Of a stretch of 34,969 nucleotides of DNA, positions 19,751 to 27,050 are shown piece after piece. Under the pieces are notes generated by a model that saw only the letters and a program-made list of their open reading frames with translations, was not told the DNA's origin and did no database searches. The translations under genes and the position numbers were made by a program. Positions within the stretch are counted from its first letter, which is position 1, and each line of letters starts with the position of its first letter. The stretch is from a virus (Duplodnaviria > Caudoviricetes). The DNA lies in the IMG/VR virus record IMGVR_UViG_3300030330_003007, positions 1-34,969 of that record; one strand, written 5' to 3'.

Positions 19751-20749
19751 TCAGCTATGACAACCGGTGAGGACGTGACCGAGCGTAGAGTCAATCGCTT
19801 TAAACTGATGCACTTCCTCCGCGTATACATAACGTCGCGTCTTATCGAGAGAGTCGTATTGACCCGCAACCATGTTGCTAAATTGGAAGTTCAGCGCCGC
19901 GACGGGCATTCCTTTAACGTTGCCCGATTTTTGTACGATAGAATCGGAACCGTGCAAAATACCCATAAACAACTTTGAGCCGTCCCAAATATACGATTCA
20001 CTCGAAGCTAAACCGAGTTTCGCCGTATCTTGGCGAGCCGCGCCGACCATGATGTTAGGAATTCCGAGCACGTCACGAAGTACGCTTAAAACCGCTTCAT
20101 CGTTCAAAATCTGATTACCAGATGAAAACGCGCCGGCCCCTGATGAGTCGCCGACATAACCGCGCACCTCGGGATTACGAGCGAGCGCTCTAAACGCCTT
20201 ACGACCGAATACGAGGGTGTCGGGGTTAATACCGTGCGCCGCCTCAAACACTGTATCCTTGAGCTTATGGAGATCAGTAAGAGGAGTAGCACCGGCGGCG
20301 TCAAACGTCGCGGGCGCAACTGAGGTATTAAACGATGCTGTATCAAAGAGCAGATCAGCGGCCCGCTTTTCGCGAGCAAGCTTCATCACGCGAGAAACCT
20401 TCTTTGCAAGTCGCGCCTCTTCGCTGCCTGGATACTGCGAATCAAAGATATCCTCCATCGCGATACTGTCCGAAGCCGCATAAATCAACGCCTTGAATGT
20501 CTGCGATGAGCGATCAAACCCGCCAATAGTCGCACGGCTCGCACCGGCGGCGCGTTCGAGATCAAGCCCCGCACCCGCCCCCATAAAGTTTCGAGTCTCT
20601 TCTAAAAGAAGTGTGCCCGAACGCTCAGGTATATTAATGCTCTCGAATACTTTGTCAGCGATAAGCTGATTATCACTAGGGACCGATTCAACGACAAGCG
20701 ACGTTAGGATTTGGTCGACTGGATGTAAATTACTGTATGAACTAGCCAT
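19751..20749 (-). CDS. Major capsid protein (HK97 fold, lambda gpE-like size)
   Basis: 332 aa after protease/scaffold and decoration gene; VDQILT, REKRAADLL, INPDTLVFG...LARNPEV. Confidence 0.85.
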   Translation of the reverse strand: MASSYSNLHPVDQILTSLVVESVPSDNQLIADKVFESINIPERSGTLLLEETRNFMGAGAGLDLERAAGASRATIGGFDRSSQTFKALIYAASDSIAMEDIFDSQYPGSEEARLAKKVSRVMKLAREKRAADLLFDTASFNTSVAPATFDAAGATPLTDLHKLKDTVFEAAHGINPDTLVFGRKAFRALARNPEVRGYVGDSSGAGAFSSGNQILNDEAVLSVLRDVLGIPNIMVGAARQDTAKLGLASSESYIWDGSKLFMGILHGSDSIVQKSGNVKGMPVAALNFQFSNMVAGQYDSLDKTRRYVYAEEVHQFKAIDSTLGHVLTGCHS

Positions 20750-20763
20750 TTAAACGACTCCTT

Positions 20764-21165
20764 TTATACTAGAGACATCGGGCCAATAAAGAAGGCAAAA
20801 AACTGCTCTCCATCGGCTACGACCTTTTGATTGATATTTGGTAACGCCCTCGCGATTGGATAGAACGTGGTATCCGCTGTTCCACCGCTAGTGATACACG
20901 CTTGAATCTTGCCCGCGGTTGTCGCTGATAAAATCGGGGTCGTTGCGAATGTGATAGCTTCGCCCGCGATGACTCGCGTGATACCATGTACCAAGATCTC
21001 GACAACTTCGCCCGCGCTGACGGCACGTTGCGCGACGCCGATAACCTTTTCGTCGGTTCCCGCGGTTGTGACGACCGCTTTACCGTTTCCATCTAATGAG
21101 ACGACTGCGAATTCAGTGATAGCACCGCCCGCAACCATTGAGATAATGTTGTCAGTGTTCGCCAT
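20764..21165 (-). CDS. Capsid decoration/cement protein (DUF2190-like)
   Basis: Small Ala/Gly/Val-rich, VIGVA...AGEVVEI..HG...V.AGEAI pattern. Confidence 0.75.
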   Translation of the reverse strand: MANTDNIISMVAGGAITEFAVVSLDGNGKAVVTTAGTDEKVIGVAQRAVSAGEVVEILVHGITRVIAGEAITFATTPILSATTAGKIQACITSGGTADTTFYPIARALPNINQKVVADGEQFFAFFIGPMSLV

Positions 21166-21168
21166 TTT

Positions 21169-23094
21169 TTAGCCTCCGAACGCTTGATTGAATAATGATG
21201 GATCTTCGAGGCGCACGACATGAAGCGCCTCGCTATACTTAATCGACTTTTCAGTCGCGACTTGTTTGATACGAGCGTCAAGAGTCTGTTTATTAACCTC
21301 GGCACCGCTTGCCCCGTGCCCAACCTCAGCGAGTGGAACCGCGACCGCAGTACGCTCGCTAAAGTGTCGCCAAAATTCAGGCTGTAAGTCTCGAAGTTCG
21401 AAAGCTTTGCCCGCGACCTCAGTATCAGCGGGCGCGATACGGCCCTCGGAGAGTAGCGCGTTGACCGCTTGGTCGCGTTGCATCGCATCACGTTCGGCCT
21501 TAAGAGTTGCGACGGATTCACGAAGCGCTTGAACTTCAGAGAGTAGCGCGGGCGATGCCTGCTCACTCATGCGCTTATACTCGGTCATCTTCTTTTTCTC
21601 GTCGTCTTCCTCGGCGAGCTTGCGCTTATCCTCGTCGTCTTCCTCGGCGAGTTTGCGCTTATCTTCGTCGTCTTCCTCAGCGGCTTTATTAATCGCCGAT
21701 TCTGAGTCCGATTTCATCTCCTTAATTTTAGCTTCGAGTTGCTTGACCATCTCGTCCTTAGCTTCGAGCATCGCCCGCAACTCATCAACGCTCATGTCAT
21801 CCATGATGTTTAACCTCTCGTTTAGTGTGATGCGGTCGATTTGGTCGTGAGACTGAGCCGGCCGCGGGGTAAGTGTTACGGCTAACAATTGAGCCGCGCC
21901 GATGCGCTCGCCGCCTGAGCGGTCGAATACGTCACCGGTGAGGAATTCAGGCGACGACCAGAGGACACCGCCCGCGTTATTGACGACATCAAGGCCGCGC
22001 TCATTATATGCGGGCACGGCATACAGGCCGTCGTCACGTAATTCTAAATCAATGATTAGACCAAGCGCGTTTCCGCTCTCCGGCGGTGCCGGCGGCCCGC
22101 TTTGATACGGGCTCGTCGCGTGTTGCCAGTCGATGATAACGGGGTCGCGGTCGCGTCGCTCTCGATAGACCCTCAATAATTCAGAGAGTAACTCTTGATC
22201 GACCTCTTTGCCGATGCCGTCACCGGTGAGCCGAGACGATACAGGACCGAGCCCCAAAGTTTTAAACGGCTTACCGATGGTTAACCCGTCGGGCACTTCA
22301 TAAAGTGCGCTGAGTTGCGTTGATTCACCATAAGCGAGTGTATTAGTTTTTTCGTCTGCAGCGTTCATTTGACCTACAACTTTTCTAGCAAATGCGAAAC
22401 CGGCGTCGCCGCCCCAACCGTTCCACGCTTGCCAACCTTTGCCCTGATCCGACCACGTCGCGCCCTCTTTGTCGGATTCGTGACGAGTGAAATATGCAAG
22501 CATACGGCGCACGGTGTCGGGTGATAACTCACGACCGTTTTTAAGATCGCGAGCTCGTGCGATGCCGACGGGCGTCATACCTCTTTGAGATTGGGGTTTA
22601 GATTCGCGAACCTCTAAAGCCCGCGCCGCCGATTCTTGTGCGCCTTTTGGCGGAGTAAAATCGATATGAGAGTATTTAGCCGGCTCGCTTCGCTTTTCGA
22701 CGTGTTGCGGGTGTCCCTTTGGCAATAGATCCAAATCGCCCGTGTATGCCCGTTTGCGTTGCCCCGTCGCGACAAGCTTGAGAAACGTTCGAACGCGAGC
22801 GAGTGCCCACTGTGTGCGGTTCATGTTAGGTCGATGAGATACACTAAACGCGCCGGCCCCTCTTCTAAATACCGCTTTCAACATACCGAGGTCGACGCGC
22901 CGCGACTTCTTCGTGAATCGGGCGTTGTGCTCGTCTCTCAACTTTTCAAGAGACTTAACCGCTTTATCACTGATCTCGATACCACCCCGCGACCCACTCG
23001 CCGAGCCCTTCGGATTTTTTGCGCTGCCCTTGATGCGGTCGCGCTTTGGTGCGGGCGTTTGGGCCTTCGTGCGTTTGCGCTTAATCTTAACCAT
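21169..23094 (-). CDS. Multidomain prohead protease/scaffold (Mu gpI-like protease with two extra N-terminal domains)
   Basis: VIIDWQH, SPEF, LLAVTLTPRP Mu-like protease motifs; acidic coiled-coil C-terminus; basic N-terminal domains. Confidence 0.75.
   Translation of the reverse strand: MVKIKRKRTKAQTPAPKRDRIKGSAKNPKGSASGSRGGIEISDKAVKSLEKLRDEHNARFTKKSRRVDLGMLKAVFRRGAGAFSVSHRPNMNRTQWALARVRTFLKLVATGQRKRAYTGDLDLLPKGHPQHVEKRSEPAKYSHIDFTPPKGAQESAARALEVRESKPQSQRGMTPVGIARARDLKNGRELSPDTVRRMLAYFTRHESDKEGATWSDQGKGWQAWNGWGGDAGFAFARKVVGQMNAADEKTNTLAYGESTQLSALYEVPDGLTIGKPFKTLGLGPVSSRLTGDGIGKEVDQELLSELLRVYRERRDRDPVIIDWQHATSPYQSGPPAPPESGNALGLIIDLELRDDGLYAVPAYNERGLDVVNNAGGVLWSSPEFLTGDVFDRSGGERIGAAQLLAVTLTPRPAQSHDQIDRITLNERLNIMDDMSVDELRAMLEAKDEMVKQLEAKIKEMKSDSESAINKAAEEDDEDKRKLAEEDDEDKRKLAEEDDEKKKMTEYKRMSEQASPALLSEVQALRESVATLKAERDAMQRDQAVNALLSEGRIAPADTEVAGKAFELRDLQPEFWRHFSERTAVAVPLAEVGHGASGAEVNKQTLDARIKQVATEKSIKYSEALHVVRLEDPSLFNQAFGG
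21599..21678. repeat. 33-bp tandem repeat encoding AEEDDEDKRKL in scaffold region
   Basis: tcgtcgtcttcctc starts at 21599, 21632, 21665. Confidence 0.9.
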
Positions 23095-24505
23095 TTCTAC
23101 GACTCGCTATCAATTTCTCGGTAAGCGCGGAAACAGCACCACCCCCGCCGCCGGCGGCGACTCTTGAAAGCGGCGAGCGTTGTGCGTCTTCGGGTAGATC
23201 ACCCGCGCCGAGCCTTTCACGTATTGCGCGTTCAAGCTCATCGTCGGGAGTCAATAGCCCCGCTTGAACTAGCGCGGGCAACGCGGCGAGCGATTCGGCA
23301 AGGTCGTCGGTGTCTAGGCCGGTATGCGTCAATCTCGGCAGTTTCGACGGATCAACTAGTCCATAATTCCAACGAATCAACCGGCCAATTGTGCCGGCAC
23401 CTTGTCGATCAACACCGCTCACAGCCGACGCGACAATATCGCATAGATTAATCGCCGCACGTCTAAACACGCTAAGATGTATCTCACCGACCGACCGCGC
23501 CCCCGTTTCGGTGTTGCCCAGGTCGGCGAACTGAGTGAGAAAAGCGGCGCTGATTTGAGAGTCGCATTTTGTGATGATGTTGAGCGGGCCGTCGACGTGA
23601 AAATTATTAGCCGGCGAGTATGTGTCAAACTTAACCGCGGGGTTTTCAACGAGATAGGATTGTTCAGTCGCAAGTAGCGCTTGCGCTTGACCCTCACCCT
23701 CGTTAATCATCGCGTCGATATCGCCGTCGGTGAGTCCTAATGATTCCGCTTGTGATCTGTCGATAACGAGCTTAGGAGTCGGGATTGCCCAACGATCAGC
23801 AGCGACGCACATTAGATTTGAGATGCGCTGTTTCGTTCGCCAAAACCACCAAACCGGCCTCAACATGCCGATGCCTTCGAAATTCGAACCGGTCTTATTG
23901 AGCGTCAAAAGTAACAGCTTATTTGACGGTATAGGTTCGGCTTGCTTCGCCGTGCCGACGGTGTTTTGTAGAACACCATCAAGCGTTTGATTATCGCGAG
24001 ATAACCAACGTTGATGTGCACTCGGCTCGCGGTCGGCGTAATGCGATAACCATACGCGCACCCGCCCCGTCGAATCCGGCCCGACTCTATAACACTCCTC
24101 AGCGTACCGGTAACCGAGCGGTATAAACTGAAATAGATATTGTAGTTGGTCCTCCCATGATAGCGACATTTGACCCGCGTACCCGTCGAACCCCCAACAT
24201 TCATTAGCATAGCGGGCGAGCTCCTCGCTTACGACATCATTCTCGATACCCGCCTCAAATCGCCAAGATGCCGAGAGAAGTGTTTGTCTCAACATGTGCC
24301 AAGACCGCATAACAATCGGGTCGGTTCTAAGCATCTCCTCAGCTTCACGAACCCAATTTAAGCCGGTGAGTTTCGCATTTTGCTCGTAACCTGTAATCAC
24401 GCCGCCCGATAATTGAGTGCCGGTGATACCGCGAGTTTTGAAGCGCGGTGTCATCGCTCTAAAGTGTTTCGGTATGTCGTCGGGTCGGTGCATTGATGCC
24501 CCCAA
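23087..24505 (-). CDS. Portal protein (DUF935 / Mu gp29-like); start may be ATG at 24493
   Basis: NFEGIGMLRPVWWFW..K, DRWAIPTP, CDSQISAAFLTQF, GARSVGEIH, LIRWNYG motifs. Confidence 0.85.
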   Translation of the reverse strand: MGASMHRPDDIPKHFRAMTPRFKTRGITGTQLSGGVITGYEQNAKLTGLNWVREAEEMLRTDPIVMRSWHMLRQTLLSASWRFEAGIENDVVSEELARYANECWGFDGYAGQMSLSWEDQLQYLFQFIPLGYRYAEECYRVGPDSTGRVRVWLSHYADREPSAHQRWLSRDNQTLDGVLQNTVGTAKQAEPIPSNKLLLLTLNKTGSNFEGIGMLRPVWWFWRTKQRISNLMCVAADRWAIPTPKLVIDRSQAESLGLTDGDIDAMINEGEGQAQALLATEQSYLVENPAVKFDTYSPANNFHVDGPLNIITKCDSQISAAFLTQFADLGNTETGARSVGEIHLSVFRRAAINLCDIVASAVSGVDRQGAGTIGRLIRWNYGLVDPSKLPRLTHTGLDTDDLAESLAALPALVQAGLLTPDDELERAIRERLGAGDLPEDAQRSPLSRVAAGGGGGAVSALTEKLIASRRNG

Positions 24506-24550
24506 AAAGGCGTTTATCTCCTCAACTGATTCGCATCAATACTCATGATC

Positions 24551-24579
24551 ACATTACATTTAATTTCGCGTTGTGTCTA
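24551..24579 (-). promoter_or_regulatory. Putative promoter for portal/structural operon (TAGACA-N17-TAATGT)
   Basis: Sigma70-like boxes with 17-bp spacer in intergenic region upstream of portal. Confidence 0.5.
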
Positions 24580-24627
24580 GCGTCGTTAAATGAGATCATC
24601 TTTTACATTCTGTAGTCTGTGACTAGA

Positions 24628-24696
24628 AAAGAGAAGTGGTCAAGTTTGGCCGCCTCATAGGGTGCCGGTTATCCGGCGGCTTGATCACTTCTCTTT
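24628..24696. terminator. Long hairpin (terminator or structured RNA) after the cyclase/2-TM cassette
   Basis: aaagagaagtggtcaag / cttgatcacttctcttt arms (16 of 17 complementary) plus inner gccgcc/ggcggc stem; starts a few nt after the stop at 24703. Confidence 0.65.
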
Positions 24697-24702
24697 AATA
24701 GT

Positions 24703-25164
24703 TTAGTCGCTACTCGGCAACCATTGTTCGACGGTCGGATGTAGCACAACACTCGACTCGTCGCGGGTTTTAACGACGTTCTCGCCACTAAACAAACTCA
24801 ATTTATCAATCACCGCTTGCTGAAGTTCGCTTTGCTGATCTCTCAATATTTGCATTTGTATTTGGGCATCACGTAAGCGACCGATGAGCGCGGCGCGGTC
24901 GGCGTTTGCGCTCGCTAACTTATCCTTGAGCTCTTCGACTTCTGACGGATCACGACCCGACGCTATCGCGACCATCGACGAGATAGAACCGGTGATCATA
25001 CCGAGGATACCGACGAGCACGTCTCGATTTTTCTCGACGATCTCGACATACGTTAAGAACAGAATCAAGCCGACGACGAGCGCCATAAAGAACACGCTAA
25101 ACCACCAACCGCGGCGGGCCTTCTCTGAACGCGTTAATTCTTTCTCGCTTGGTCGTTTATCCAT
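24703..25164 (-). CDS. 2-TM membrane protein with C-terminal coiled coil
   Basis: WWFSVFFMALVVGLILFLTYV and VLVGILGMITGSISSMVAIA segments, then ~45-aa heptad helix; overlaps cyclase stop by 8 nt. Confidence 0.8.
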   Translation of the reverse strand: MDKRPSEKELTRSEKARRGWWFSVFFMALVVGLILFLTYVEIVEKNRDVLVGILGMITGSISSMVAIASGRDPSEVEELKDKLASANADRAALIGRLRDAQIQMQILRDQQSELQQAVIDKLSLFSGENVVKTRDESSVVLHPTVEQWLPSSD

Positions 25165-25945
25165 CGTTTAGTACCCTCTTAACAATCGTCACGATAAACC
25201 GCAGCGGCGGCCAATGTGTCGACAAATAGGGCCATAATACAAAGAGGATGTAAACCGCGCTGATGATCGCGAGCCGAGGTAGTGACCACATGAGCCACTC
25301 GATAAGACGACGGTCGCGGGCATGACTGCGAATCGCTTTAGGCCCGCCGATGCGTTTTGCTTTCTCGGAGCTCGGCGGCGGCTGTAATGATCTGATATCG
25401 CTGCCGACTGCGTATATGATGCGAGCGCCTGAAACGCCCTTGAACTTATACAACCCGACTTGAGCGTATCGAGTATGTCGCGGGGTGTCGCGGTTCGTTC
25501 GATTCCGGATTGCGTTGAACGCCTCGGCGGTGAGAAGCACTTGACCCGATCCGCAAAGAGACATCACCCGCGCCGTGATATTCTTAGCGACCCCTTCGAG
25601 CTCAACCGGTTTAGCGCCGACCATTACGTCAAGCTCGCGTTGCGTAACCTCGGCGACGGTGCCGACGTGTATGCCGATTCTAGTATTTAGCCCTGTCTTG
25701 CGGGGTATCGTTGACTGATAATGAAGCGCGAAATTGACGGCGTTGATAGTCTCCTCAAACGAGATCAAAAACCCGTCGCTTCGGTCGATCTCGCGACCGT
25801 TGAACTTGAACATAAGCGAGCGTGTTAGCCGGTCGTGATATTGTAGCCACTCGGCGGCCTTCGTATGCCCGACGCGCTGAACGAATCGAGTTGAGCCGAT
25901 AAGATCAAGTAGGACGATGGAAAGCTCTCGGGTTTTGATTTGCAT
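25157..25945 (-). CDS. Class III nucleotidyl (adenylate/guanylate-type) cyclase with C-terminal TM anchor
   Basis: IVLLDLIGST (Asp1), DRSDGF (Asp2), RIGIHVG, G..KNITARV (Asn/Arg), GQVLLT, KFKG; C-terminal LAIISAVYILFVLWPYL. Confidence 0.9.
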   Translation of the reverse strand: MQIKTRELSIVLLDLIGSTRFVQRVGHTKAAEWLQYHDRLTRSLMFKFNGREIDRSDGFLISFEETINAVNFALHYQSTIPRKTGLNTRIGIHVGTVAEVTQRELDVMVGAKPVELEGVAKNITARVMSLCGSGQVLLTAEAFNAIRNRTNRDTPRHTRYAQVGLYKFKGVSGARIIYAVGSDIRSLQPPPSSEKAKRIGGPKAIRSHARDRRLIEWLMWSLPRLAIISAVYILFVLWPYLSTHWPPLRFIVTIVKRVLNDG

Positions 25946-27050
25946 TTAGTCCTCCCCATAACACTCTAAACGCTCGTTCAGCGGTTGCGGGCACAACTCC
26001 GTTTCCAAGCAATCGCAGTTCACTAACTCGATTATCCAAGGATCCGCACAACTCGGCATAACCCAACCGACCGGCAGCCCCATCAGCAACTCTACCCATC
26101 TCGGGTTTAATTTCGGTCGTGACTCGTGGCGGTTCAAATGGTCGCTGTTTTGATCCTCGCGGGGCGGGATATGCGTTTGCATGTTTAAAGTAAGTGTTCG
26201 GTGCATACCGTTCGACCGATACGCTCGCCCGCTGCCCGACCAAGGTGCCCCCGTTTTCGAGTACAACTTTTCTTGATTTGTGCCCGCAGTCGTGGCCGGC
26301 GTAATCCATAAACCTTGTATCGGTTGCACTTGATTTTCCAACCTCGTCAAATACCGTTTGTTCGTTCGGTCGCCGCCGCCCGCCGGCGCTTTCGACATGT
26401 CGGCCCGCGGGGTAATCCATGCTTCTCCGCTTTGAGTCTCGGAGCATTCTGGAAACGATATCGCACCCTGAGTCATTAAGATCGGCGCGGCGAGCCAGTA
26501 TGAAAACCCGCTTTCTTTGATGGGGTGCGCCGACTTCAGCCGCACTGAATATTCCCGCCGTCGCGTTGTAGTCCATTCGCTCCAATTCTCGAAGGACATG
26601 TAACAAAACCGGCGTTGATTCGGGGTCGCTCCATCCGTCGCTTTTAAGTCGGCTGCTAATGATCCCCTCGACGTTTTCGAGGAAAACAAGGGGAGGTCGT
26701 CCCAATTCAGCGAGTCCTTTAACGATGTACGGCCATAGATGCCGCGGGTCGGCGTCGGCGTCTCCTTTCCCGGCAACACTAAATGGTTGACAAGGGAAAC
26801 CGCCGCTGACGATGTCAACGCAGTTTCGAAAGCTTGACCATGCGAAGGTTTTAATATCCGTCCAAATAGGCGCCACGTCGAGCAAGTTGTTTTCAACCTT
26901 CGCGACCAAGTTCTCGACGGCGAAGGCTTCGATTTCCACATAAGCGACCGCGCTGATATTTCCGAGAGCCCGTTTAAGTCCGATATCAATGCCGCCGTAT
27001 CCGGTGCAAAGTGAGAGATGTCTAAGTTTTCGGGAATTATCCACATTCAA
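25905..27050 (-). CDS. DNA (cytosine-5) methyltransferase, catalytic frame (start TTG 27050 or GTG 27044)
   Basis: Motif I LSLCTGYGG, IV GGFPCQPFS, VI ENV, VIII HQRKRVF, X LGNGVV; motif IX not seen in this frame. Confidence 0.92.
   Translation of the reverse strand: MNVDNSRKLRHLSLCTGYGGIDIGLKRALGNISAVAYVEIEAFAVENLVAKVENNLLDVAPIWTDIKTFAWSSFRNCVDIVSGGFPCQPFSVAGKGDADADPRHLWPYIVKGLAELGRPPLVFLENVEGIISSRLKSDGWSDPESTPVLLHVLRELERMDYNATAGIFSAAEVGAPHQRKRVFILARRADLNDSGCDIVSRMLRDSKRRSMDYPAGRHVESAGGRRRPNEQTVFDEVGKSSATDTRFMDYAGHDCGHKSRKVVLENGGTLVGQRASVSVERYAPNTYFKHANAYPAPRGSKQRPFEPPRVTTEIKPEMGRVADGAAGRLGYAELCGSLDNRVSELRLLGNGVVPATAERAFRVLWGGLNANQNPRAFHRPT
25946..27046 (-). CDS. Overprinted second-frame methyltransferase subunit (TRD-like repeats plus motif IX)
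   Basis: 366-codon open frame, ATG directly after the TerL stop and TAA directly before the cyclase ATG; WITP x2 and RPKLNPRWVELLMGLP (motif IX-like). Confidence 0.7.
   Translation of the reverse strand: MWIIPENLDISHFAPDTAALISDLNGLSEISARSLMWKSKPSPSRTWSRRLKTTCSTWRLFGRILKPSHGQAFETALTSSAAVSLVNHLVLPGKETPTPTRGIYGRTSLKDSLNWDDLPLFSSKTSRGSLAADLKATDGATPNQRRFCYMSFENWSEWTTTRRREYSVRLKSAHPIKESGFSYWLAAPILMTQGAISFPECSETQSGEAWITPRADMSKAPAGGGDRTNKRYLTRLENQVQPIQGLWITPATTAGTNQEKLYSKTGAPWSGSGRAYRSNGMHRTLTLNMQTHIPPREDQNSDHLNRHESRPKLNPRWVELLMGLPVGWVMPSCADPWIIELVNCDCLETELCPQPLNERLECYGED

Noticed and set aside
21093-21566. 157-aa alternative-frame ORF in the scaffold region
   Set aside because: No motif, SD or coupling to neighbours, unlike the MTase second frame
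24703-25945. Canonical Pycsar call
   Set aside because: The 2-TM protein shows no evident nucleotide-binding domain and the cyclase has its own TM; only the layout is similar
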